Assembly: GCA_002633005.1 (NCBI GenBank)
Contig: NMRA01000355.1
Coordinates: forward strand, 7,571 to 71,570
From: Phoronis australis
Taxonomy: Eukaryota > Animalia > Phoronida
Length of the DNA stretch: 64,000 nucleotides
Direction of reading: 5' to 3'
A program made the position numbers and the translations under genes. A model generated the notes under the pieces. That model was not told the DNA's origin. It did not search any database and saw only the letters and a program-made list of their open reading frames with translations. Positions 14,451-25,700 of the stretch are shown one piece after another (within the stretch, counting starts at the first letter, position 1; each line of letters begins with the position of its first letter).

Positions 14451-16483
14451 GAACGCACGCACGCACGCACACACAGGGAACACATTAAGCCAGTTACGCC
14501 ATTAAAACGCAAGTAATAACATAATCCGTGTTGGCGAGTTACCACTCAATCCGATTAAGCTAATCCCGTTCGCCATTGATGTCGAGTTGGCTCGCGGGCG
14601 CGTGCCTCACGTGTTGTTCGGATGTCTAATTTAATTAATACCCGTATCAGTCAGCAACCACTGACATTTTAGTGATGTAAATGCATTTTTGTTAATTATT
14701 CGATAGTGTACAACAGTAAAATGCACAACCCGTAATCCTAAAGCACTCAACAAATAAACCCTAGGCTAATATGTTGGTATCAAACGGCCCAAAAACTTTT
14801 TGAGGTTACTTCAAACAAATGACCTCAGTTACAATGGGAGTTAGGAATATTAAAAAATTACAGTAAATTTCTCTTGGGAACGAAACAGACCAAACGTATT
14901 TATGTTTTGAGAAAGTGATGTCGGCGTCCGGGAATTGAATTTAATCAGCCAAATCTGAACTGTGTTCCGTAGAACTAAGACAATCGCAAGAAAAGCTTCA
15001 TGAAGTATATGTATGATCGCAATATCTGCTCTAATACATGGCGATATCTCGCGTAGACTCAAAGTATCTTGCGTTTTCACATTTTTAGAGTCCACGGAAC
15101 GCAAACCTGGACTCCTAAATTAAACATGTGACTGAGAAACCCCAGAAATCCTCCTGTGACAAACGAATGACGACCTCATAAATTTTTAGTTGAACGTTTT
15201 GTAAACAGATAATCATCCGTAGTCCAAACGTATTCCCAAAAGATGCTGTTTTAATACGCCACATTTTTCCAACAGTTATGATATTAATGTGTTTATACAA
15301 TTATAGTTGCTTAATTTGAATGACACTAATCTTATTCAATATATTGACTTCCACCGACGTCTCTGTGTTGATTTTAGAACTCAAAAATGTGATTGTGGCT
15401 TCCGCCTCACCACTGTCATTGTCGCATTCCTGTAGTTATGGACAAATACTTCGAGTTTGTATTCAAGTAAAACGGAAAATTAAAAAATCATTTTCGAATT
15501 CCATTTAGCTTAGCCCAAATTTGGGAACTAACTTACATAGTGTTACGGGTTTAAGCCTTAAGTCAGTTTTTATGAAGCGAGTCTCAGTTTCATAATTCCA
15601 TAAAATTAACAAATCAATTACTGTATCAATCTCTGTTCATGACCTTCCCAGGTACAACCCCGAAGAAGATGACGAAGAAGAAGAGCGAACAGTTTACCCT
15701 AAGACAGACGAGCAGCGACAGCGTCTTTTGGAAGCAGTTGGCGGTATTCTACTTTTCCGAAGCCTCGATTCCGATCAGGTTCAAGAGGTGATCGACGCCA
15801 TGTTCGAAAAAGCAGTTCAGCCAAATGAAATTGTCATCAGGCAGGGAGACGATGGGGATAATTTTTATGTTATCGACACCGGAGTTTACAACGTACTGGT
15901 AACCATAAACGGAGAAAACAAAAGAGTCCATCAATTCGACAATAAGGGAAGTTTTGGAGAACTTGCCCTGATGTATAATATGCCGAGATCGGCTACAATT
16001 GAGGCGAGTAGCGCGGGAACGCTTTGGGCTATGGACCGTAATTCATTTCGTAGAATTGTAGTCAAGAGTGCCTTCAAGAAACGTAAAATGTACGAGAAAA
16101 TTTTGGAAACAGTGCCCATGTTAGAATCTCTGAGTGACTATGAGCGAATGAATCTCGCCGACGCGTTAACACCGAAATTATTTCAAACTGGCGACAAAGT
16201 TATTATAGAAGGTGACGATGCAGACGGGATGTACTTCATCGAAGACGGAGTCGTACGTGTGACCATCACGAAGAGCGGAAAAGAGATTGAAGTGTCCAAA
16301 ATGTCCAAAGGACAATATTTTGGAGAGATGGCACTTGTAGAAAACAAGCCGCGGTCGGCAAGCATTTATGCAGAGAATAAAGTCAAGTGCGCTTTCCTTG
16401 ATAGAGAAGCGTTTGAGAGATTACTTGGCCCATGTTTAGATATCATGAAACGTAACATGGAAGGTTATCAGAGGGCATCTTAA
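12103..16483 (+). CDS. PRKAR2: cAMP-dependent protein kinase type II regulatory subunit; join(12103..12362,15652..16483), 363 aa
   Basis: N-terminal RIIa dimerisation/docking domain ([34 protein letters not shown]), type II phosphorylatable inhibitor site RRNS, and two CNB domains (FGELALMYNMPRSAT; FGEMALVENKPRSAS). The phase-2 intron AG|gtaagg...ttcccag|G joins SAE-R-YNPEED in frame (260+832=1092 nt). Confidence 0.96.
14376..14475. repeat. (CA)n/(CACG)n microsatellite in the PKA-RII intron
   Basis: Directly visible dinucleotide run. Confidence 0.97.
15652..16483 (+). CDS. PRKAR2: PKA-RII coding exon 2 (CNB-A and CNB-B)
   Basis: Acceptor gaccttcccag ends at 15651; reads YNPEEDDEEEERTVYPKTDEQRQRL...MKRNMEGYQRAS-TAA. 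Confidence 0.95.
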
Positions 16484-19400
16484 GCGTCACTCTTTCCATA
16501 TTAGTTTCAACCCATGTTTACTCTGAAGTTAGAGTTAATGTACTGTGATTTTGGTTCTCCAGGAAGGCCAAAGGTGGCGTTGTAACTACAGTGCCGTTGT
16601 TCTGCGTATAATACATGTAAAATGTATGCAGAGTATACATGTAGTGTATTACAACCAACACTGCTTGAACTTCAACAGTCTGTGTGATTTCACGTGTGGC
16701 AGTTGAGGGACGGGGTGTTATCAAACTTTTTCCATCCATTAGCTGTAACCGTCAAATCTACATGTACCGGTTTATCTGAAATGAGTTCATTTAATTGGTT
16801 TATGACCATAGTGACAATACTTGCACGCCTTGCAGTCGCGATTTGCTCTTGAAACAGAAGCTTACAACCTTTGAAGAACCATGCCTCTCACCGGCATCTG
16901 ACTAAGCGGACAAACCACCAGACTTACATTTACTAAAGGCGATAAGAAAATTGAGCATGCCTTCTTATCAAACTTTAAAAACTTTATCGAAGCGTGTTTG
17001 GAGACGTCCTTGGCAATTTCAGAGAGTCGAATCACGATTCACGTTGGGTGGTCTCAGGTCTTAGGCTATACACTGTACTTGTCTCGGGATTGTGATATGC
17101 CAAGTTTACATGCTAAAAAATTACGAGCGTACCTATTGAAGATCCATGTAACAATTCCATTTAACCTCTAAGGACGTTATCCATGATAATTTCGATGTTA
17201 GAATGATAAATGGCTCGAACATGTAATTTCAATTCTGACCCAAATTGGTAAATCGAAATGAATTGAATTTTTAGCTCATATAATTGAAACTGTAGTTTTG
17301 TGATTCAAAGAAAATGTAAGTACACCGGGAGCGTATTTGCGAAATGTCACAGTGTATTTCCTGTTTCGCGGTATTTACTCACAATACTATTCGCCAGAAG
17401 GGCACGTCTGCACAATTTTCCAATGCTGCCATGTGTGACGCAGTAAATTTTTCTTCATTTGACCACCTCAGCTCAGTGCACGTAGTCTAATCTTTGTGCT
17501 CAAAATCGAATTTGAAATTATTTCCCCTTTTCGTCCTGTTTTAAGACACACTCAAGATAAAGAAGTTATGATCCAGAGCACGAAAACGTTTTGGTTTGTA
17601 TGAATCACTGTCTAATCCTAGTTTGTACTTGATGACCCCATAACTAAAGCTACAAGTTCGAGTCTGAACTCGAAATTTCGAGATATCTCGAGATAGTAGC
17701 TCATACCTATTGGTCATCAAATGCGAACTTCGCCTAGAAACTTATCTCCGTAACCAAAATGTACTCCAGCATAGAACAATAAACACACAGACTTAGTTGA
17801 GTTCGTAGCAAAACTGGACCTAAAATGTAGAGAAAAGTTTCCGGCCCGAAAGTGTGTAAGCATCACGCAGTCAATCGTACAACGCATCGTGACGTCATGA
17901 TAGAGCCATTGTTTTGCATCTGACGTAGATTCATTTTTGTCACTATGCTCGTTACATGTATTAAGCCTCTCTCCATGTGTGCACTCAGCAATGAGCAAAT
18001 TCAAGTCAGATTCTAATGACGTAAAAAATACTGTGTATGAAGGGAAAAGGGGCACTGGCAACATTCACAACAGTGCTTCTTTCTTTGTACCACTTTCAGT
18101 TAGGAAAATTGTTCTTCAACAAAACATTCAATCGCAAGCAAAAACAGCGAATGTTTGAAGTCTTGCCTATGAGAGGCCGTTTCTTCAGTATCAGAAGTTA
18201 AGGAACATGAGCCTACACTTAGAGGAAAATGCGCTGAAAATCTTAGTTGGTTTCCCGCATGACTTCTTAATTTGTGGGACTATTAACTCATTCATAATAA
18301 AAGTTGTTGTCACTCCCGTTTGTTAGCAGTCAGTGATTTACTCTTTATCAAGGCGCTTTGGCGCTTAAACGCATCATCATACTCACCCGATATTGATACC
18401 GAATGAGTCACCAACAGTCGCATGCGTGCAATTTCAGAGTTACTTGAGTCGTTGAGAGTTTCGATGTTCTTGGTAGGGTCCCATCACGATGAGGAATGTG
18501 GGATTAGTTTTATGAGACTAAAAAGTCTTTTTTTGATGTCCATTTTAGCCATATAAACAGCAAACTACAGCCTTTAGTTATGTAGAACGCTATAAAATGC
18601 CCTAAGTTGGTTAGTTTCGGACCATTTTATCTCAGAAATGTCTGATTGGATTCACAAGAAACATTATGATATTAATATGATTCCAACTCTGTTCTCTAAA
18701 ACGATTTCAGGGGACTGTATTTATAATGTCCCAATTTCGCGCGAGGGACGAACATTTATTAATAGGATTTTCGTGATGTTCTTGAATTAACTAGAAAATT
18801 ACGCAAGTTGAAAAGGAAGTGCTAGTCAGAAAACTGTAACCGGGTTTCTGAGATATATTCTTGGATATTTGTGTCAAACGAAACTTGTTTATGTTGTTTT
18901 GTGTGTTAAAATGCATATTTCTTTTTTCTAAAAAGTACCAAAAGACATGGTCGCGTGACCTAGATCAATAAACTTTGGTAAAGAGTCGAAAGTCAAACTC
19001 CGCAGTCTTTTGTATTCTCAACAAGGTGTTATACCTTTACACAGTAAACATCTATAAATGTTTGGAAGTTTGTCTAAAAACATGCAGTCATCGATAAGAT
19101 ACTACAAGGCCCGAGTTATTGTAAATTCAAATACGTAGCAGTTTAGAGACTTTTGTCAACTGAACATCTGGTACACGTCAACTAAACATTTCGCGCACAA
19201 GTCTGTCTGCGAATGAACCGAGCAATGGCATTTTTGAAAACTTTCTTGGCGCAAAACGCGATCTCGTGGCATTGCCACAGTTAACGCGAAGAAAAAAGAA
19301 CTCGGCAAAAGCAAAATATCCATCAGTAGTAAAATTCTTCACGTGTTTACCTACATGTAGGTGTATCATTGAGTGGACATCGTGCGAATGAACTAAGAAT

Positions 19401-21674
19401 CAACACAGAATCTAAAATGCTCCTGCGATGACTTTGTTCTGAATCTCTCCAAGTTGTAACGCAGTTATTGTGTTGTTTCCTCCGAGCACAATGCACTTAG
19501 CGTAAGCCATCACTGCCCAAAGGCCTACTGTAAATTTAGTGTTTCAACGCTTCCTATTGGATGCACCTGTGAGAGATACGCGTTGCAAGCATAATTGGAA
19601 CCGTGAGTATCGCCATTCCGAATGACAGATTTCTAGTCCTTTGGTAGAATTTTTACTTCAAATTTACACTGTAACGGACGTTTACGTGGAATTGCCATTG
19701 ATTCTACTACTTAATAAAACGAGTGTAAGCTTGAAAATGTCGCTTTAGACCACATACGGTTTTGATAGTGGTTTATTATAGCTTGAGACCAACCTCTAAT
19801 CTGGTGTGTGGTTTTATAGGCCGAGCATGGTGTCAAAGAATAAAAAAATCAAAGCGCCAGTATTTTTCCAAAATATAAATCAATTATCATTCAAGTAAGT
19901 TCAGAGAGTAAGTAATTTAAATCAAAAGTATACCACTTCTTGCACGGAGTTATCAAAAACTACATTCCGTTACCGTGCATACGATTGTCGAGACCCATCT
20001 ACATGTTTGATCTTAACTCTGGGTAAAAGCGAGCAAAACACTTTTAAACATTACTTGAGTAAAAGTTGCCCAATTTGTTACAAAATAAACGTTGGTGTAA
20101 TATCAGGTCTCTCCATCTTCCTGACAGTGATCAGATGTCCGTTACCAACAAGAGCATAGAACGCACCAGGCACTCAAGCAAACGTTTCTTAGTTTATTAG
20201 GGTTGGTCAACCCTAAAAATCGGAAATGGCGCAAGCACACACTTCTTGGGACTTGTGAGTTGTGGCATATTCGGCAGCAAATCATTAACGAATACATGTA
20301 CATGTACATGTAAGTGTAGTAGCTTTAAGTTAGAACTCAGTAGTGTCCTTTCAACAGCGGGAATGTAGCTTTAAACAAAAGCATTTCAATACGGTTCTGA
20401 TGTCGCGTGACCATTCGGTATATATTTGTGACGCTGTGCTGTTTGGCAGATAGGATAAATTTATTGTATTATTAGAGTATCTTGAGGTGTTACGCGCATG
20501 ATAGTCGATTGTGGAATTGGGGTAAACAATGTTATTAACAGAATGCATGTAGGGTCCGGCCTTTGTTTATCAAGTGCAATACGAACGGTCGGCGCTTTGG
20601 AGGTCGCAATCACGATATTACGAACGCAGCGCAACTAACATTCATATGTTTCTATTCAGTCTGAACGGCTACCGTCGCAATCCACTTTAATGAACCGTGT
20701 CCAAATTAAATGCATGTTACCGGCGATCCGCTTACTGCCAGACTTACGACCAGACTTGCAACCTTTCTATAATGCAAGCACTGGATTTTATGAGACACAT
20801 CGGATTCTGAAGTAAATGAATTTGACAGAAAATAACTGATCGTTGCCTACGTTACCTTGATTAAATCAACGACAAAGGAAATTGAGCCAGCAATGCAAAC
20901 ATAAGTTGTAGCGTTTCCCACATACATGTAAGTGACATCTATCGGAAAGGTATCCAGCTAATGCTTGGCAGTAGCGACCATACCAGAATGACCTAAGGGG
21001 AATATAATTTGAAGCGGAATATCGGCCAGTCTTCAAAAGACGAACTACTACATGTACAGAAGAGGATGGTTTTAAAACCGCATGTGTAAGAATTCAAAAT
21101 ATTTAACAATAATGCAGTAAGTAAGTTCTCTTTCGCGCATGAAAGCAAAATTCATTGATTTAGATCATGCTGTTGTTATTGTTTAATTCATTTACGTTCC
21201 CTGGTGCTGTCAAAACAGATTATTGGTTATTGGTTTGTCAAACTGGCGAGAACGTCAGCCATGCAACGAGTTTTCTGCATCGGAGACAAATGACACCTAT
21301 TTCCCTAGTCTCCCCTAATTCCAGAGGTGAAAATTTAGCCATAATACCTGGCGCAAAGTCTTAAAATAGGGATCGCAACGATTATCGCGCATGTTGCTCC
21401 CACATTGGTTGTATGTGGTAAGTGTGCGTGATTCCAATTTAACTTTCATGGTAAGGGATCATTGCTAGTGTTCAGCGTTCTTTGAGATGTGGTCTAGGTT
21501 ACGCTTCCGTTGCATGCGCTTAATACATGTAATTCTGCTTGGTGATGAATCACCATTCTGTGCCGGTAAAGGTACGATTACCGTCCACGTGTCAACCGTT
21601 GAATAGCCAAAGGGTAACAGAACAGTTTTCATTTGGTTTTGCCCAAGGAAAACACACATTCATGTACTTGTCAC

Positions 21675-21970
21675 CTTTTCTCAACTCTGTCAAAACCGGC
21701 ATCCAAATAACGACAAGTTTCGAGTCATTTCACATCAAACTCCCTAAAGATGAGCACTGGAACTTTATTGTGTCTTGTATTTTGGCCTTTTCACTCCTAC
21801 TTACAAAAACAATGATGGCAAAACAGGCATTTTTAAACACACTAAATTATGACTTTTCATTTCAAAACCACCAACCTCATTGCCAATGCACGACATAAGC
21901 CGACGTTAGATTCTGAAAGCAAATTTCCCAAAAATGTGGTCCAAAAATTCTAAGGACTATCTGAAATCGC
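21675..21970 (+). repeat. Dispersed repeat, copy B (pairs with 10285-10620)
   Basis: Same shared blocks as copy A, same orientation. Confidence 0.75.
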
Positions 21971-22099
21971 CATATATCAATAAAGCATAAAAATATTTCC
22001 AGGTGATCAGTGCAATGGGCCCACATGCGAGGCCTGCGCACGTCTGGTACAACGTGTATCAGACCGCCTGCAATTATTTTTTATTATTTTCCCAACAAA

Positions 22100-22750
22100 T
22101 CAAACAAATGCTTTGTTTACACAACTTTTAGATGAATATTCGTTTTCGTTATGAACTGTTATACGCGTTAGACAAGAGGTAGACTCGTCGGTTACGATAT
22201 GATTCGTTGTAATTTCGTTGGATGGAATGCGCGCATTCTCAGTACGATTTGAATCGTGATGTCTTGTAGTGTAAGCGTTGTTATGCAAACGTTCACTCGT
22301 AGATTCTGAAGGGTATGAATATTCGGCTTGAAATTCTTGCCCATGGACGTCATCAGATCTCGGAACTACTTCTAAACTCTCATCCGTGAAGTAAACCCAG
22401 CGACTATTAGAATTAATGACGTCACGGTTGCCACTGACGGGTCCTGAACTACCGTTCAAAGTGCCTTTTGAAGCCGACGACGGCAACTGAGACCTGGGAC
22501 GACGCGCTTGGTCATAATCGTACTCCACACTTCTTCGATGTCCGTAACTCGATCTTCGACGAAAACACGAACGTCTCCTTTGTTTCAACTTGTTTATGTT
22601 GAATATCGATGGACAACTGAATGTGTTCTTCTCGCCGTCTGTGATTGGCTCATCGCCGTCAGAGTAATCCCCAATTCCGTGCTCACACCAATCAGCTCCC
22701 AATATCTCATCTCCAAGGCTCACGCGCATGCCTATAGTTAAATCGATCAT
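22100..22750 (-). CDS. AMT: Amt exon 7 (conserved C-terminal region plus long disordered tail)
   Basis: Acceptor ccttctcttgcag|ATG ATC GAT; ends ...CVNKAFV-TGA. Confidence 0.92.
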   Translation of the reverse strand: MIDLTIGMRVSLGDEILGADWCEHGIGDYSDGDEPITDGEKNTFSCPSIFNINKLKQRRRSCFRRRSSYGHRRSVEYDYDQARRPRSQLPSSASKGTLNGSSGPVSGNRDVINSNSRWVYFTDESLEVVPRSDDVHGQEFQAEYSYPSESTSERLHNNAYTTRHHDSNRTENARIPSNEITTNHIVTDESTSCLTRITVHNENEYSSKSCVNKAFV

Positions 22751-25700
22751 CTGCAAGAGAAGGTAAATGTCGGTAAAACTGTACCGGACCCTATCTTGCA
22801 CAGTCATAAGTCTTCAGCAAGTCGTAAACAGAATACGACACTCTGGTGGTTAATAATTCTGTATCAAAACGAGGCTTGACAGACGACAATAACCCCCAAT
22901 TTATGAGATCCCGAACGGTTCATTCAGTGTTCCTACAGAAACTAGCTTTTACGTAGATTTTCAAACGGCTCTTGTCTGTCCGATTGGGAACCAAAATATT
23001 TTCTCTGTGTGGATTTTCTTCCGACTTCCGTGAAACTTTGGTCAGAACACCAAAAGTTCGACGATTGCCCATTATGAGTCGAAGGTGCTTGAAGTTTTCA
23101 CAACGATCTGACCAAAATTGCCACTGGAAACAATTACTGACGTTTAAAGGGTCATTTGACTAAAAAGTAACGTGATGTACTAAGATCGAAATGGAGAATC
23201 GCGAGGCATGACCGTCTTCAGAAGACTGTAGAGCACAAAACGTTCAGACTGCAAGAACATAAAAAAACGCAAAAAGTCCCTGGCGGGAATTGCCAGCGCT
23301 TTTAAGGTCTAACGTTCGCGTGAGCAAAAATTAAAGTACTGATGAAACTTATTAGGCAATATTCTGTCGTGTTATACATGTACGTAGCTACATGTACATG
23401 TATATTCTTTCTTACTATAGCGGTCGCTGCTATCGCCTCTAGCGAGATGGAAATTGAATTTATTTTATCAGAAATTTCCCGCCAAACGTTCATCAAATTA
23501 TGGCAGACAGACAATGCTGAAGGAAAATACTTGTAGACAATAAAAACCGTCTTGCTATTTTACAACAAGTCGGACTGAGGCTTGGTGTCGTTACGCACCT
23601 TTAGTCGATTTTGTCTGCCTCTCAGGGCTTCGCGAGATGAGCCAAACTTCCTACCGGGTGAATGTGGTGAATGGTTTACTCTGTCTGAGATGTTTGTCAC
23701 TTGGATATGAATTAGCAAATAATTCCGCAGCGGAAAACAGAAAATCATAGTTGCAAATTAAATTAGGGTAACACCTGCCATCGGAGGACGCCATTTCTTT
23801 GGATTGTGAGCAATCTCTCCCGCTGTTCAAGCCTTGTTTCAGAGAATAAATGTTATTAATGACATACTGTATATCATTTTCATAAAACGATATTGGGGGG
23901 ACATTGGGCACGAGTAGCTACTGTAGTTTTCCCTCCCTCGCGTACTTTCAAACGTTCAATGTTCCAGTTTTGTTCTTGACGCGAAAAAGACACCAACTGC
24001 GTGGAATTTACCCGTTCTAAGCACATATTGTTACTGCAGATTTCTAAAAAAACTTTATGCTCACCACGTTTACACAAAAGCAAATATGCTATCTTTCAAT
24101 GCAAATTGTTGGTTATTGGATGTCTGTCTGCAATATACATGTACGTGTCATGCTATTCGAATAGCCTTGCTATTATTATCTATCTGCGTAATTATATTGA
24201 CGTTAATGGAAACCTTGGCTGAGTTAGGTAGACGCAGGAACCTCGCTAGTGTGAACAACTGAACACGCACGTCTCGTGTAATGCGTTGCATTTTCGCAAG
24301 GTTCTCAATGCACGCCCTAACTGCGATAAATAGCGGATTGCACTCTCTGTACAATTTGCTTGTGGTGTGAAGAGGTAGTTGACAACCTTGATGCAAAGCT
24401 GTATGAATATACAGCTTGGGATCTACTTGTATGTGAATGAACAAATGGACAAGTAAAATCTAGCACAAAATTAGTATCATGATGAAGCACACATTTCATT
24501 GAATACAACTATTTACAGATGTCATAAAAATAGTCGTCCTACCGTTATTCTGCTGCTTTACCGTAGAGCTGCCTTATGAGCGACGAGTTTCAACGCCATG
24601 GCATATAGCGCCAACTTTTGGACATTTTTTTTCGATTCTTTAATCAACTGTTCTGCTTCAACTAGGTTGCGTACATGACAAAACGAATTATCAGAACTGG
24701 TTTCGCTTCATTTTACGCTTTTGGAATTTTGATACCTGCAAACCGAATTTCAGTTCAAAGTTTTTGTGAGGCAGTCAAAAATTAAGAAACTTACTTCTCT
24801 ATGTTACAAAAGCAGGCGAATTATACAAGAAATAACTTTGATTAGATTGATGTTTTCACTTAAACGGACGCCAACGGAAAAGGTTTGTGTCGGACGGGCT
24901 CCCAGGTTTTGGATACACCCCTGCCGTTCGTTAGCTCTACATGTACATGTTAACATACGTTTCACGACTAGGTGACGAGCAGAACTATCCGAGAAATGTG
25001 GAATTTCGAGGTCTGTTGGAGATAAGCTAACAAAGGTTCATAGCCAATAGGCTACTCACCTCTTAAACAGAGCTGAAGGGCCACAGGAGGGCTTTTCCGA
25101 TTCCTGAAATGGGCATAAAACAAAAGAATGGGGGGAAATTCTTATTCAGCGTGTTAGTACTGTACTATCCATATCAAATTCCCTTCACATGTTTAGGGAA
25201 AACCGTAACCGGTCTTACCGCTTATACTTCGCCTTTTCACCTTCCTTTAACAACGAATCGAATCGTCTGCACTCTTGTAACCACAGTTTTTGACCTAATG
25301 ACGTCATGTTGTGACCCGAATGCCAGCCAATCCGCCAAGTGAATGTTTCAGCTAGCGAGTTCACAAAAGTGCAAATGGCGGAGTGGAGAGCGAATTGTAA
25401 AAAGTAGAATTTTTGAGTGAATATGTGCTTTCGAAAGGGTTGGTTTCTGTGCATATATATTTGACGGATTATTTCTTCAGATACACCTGTAAATGTATTC
25501 AATCGCAATTTCGACATGTGCAGGCTAATATTTGATGTGCAATTCGAGTGTGATATGTATAACTTAATTCTACACTTTTAATATACGGACTTCTACACCT
25601 ATTAAAGGGCTAGTTTGCCGACTAAATGTTTCATAGCCGCATATTGAAGTTAGTCTCCATACAGCTAGCTGGCTGGAAAGTTACTCGTTAGCTAGCCAGA

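Noticed and set aside
15728-16483. ORF-track start at 15728 as a stand-alone 251-aa gene
   Set aside because: The start is a TTG inside exon 2; the frame extends to the acceptor at 15651 and splices to the D/D exon.
22751-22807. N-terminal part of the 235-aa ORF (MTVQDRV...)
   Set aside because: Intronic read-through upstream of the exon 7 acceptor.
23416-23720. Two further exon-like segments in Amt intron 6
   Set aside because: Weaker splice sites, phases that do not fit the phase-0 junction, and no recognisable protein similarity.
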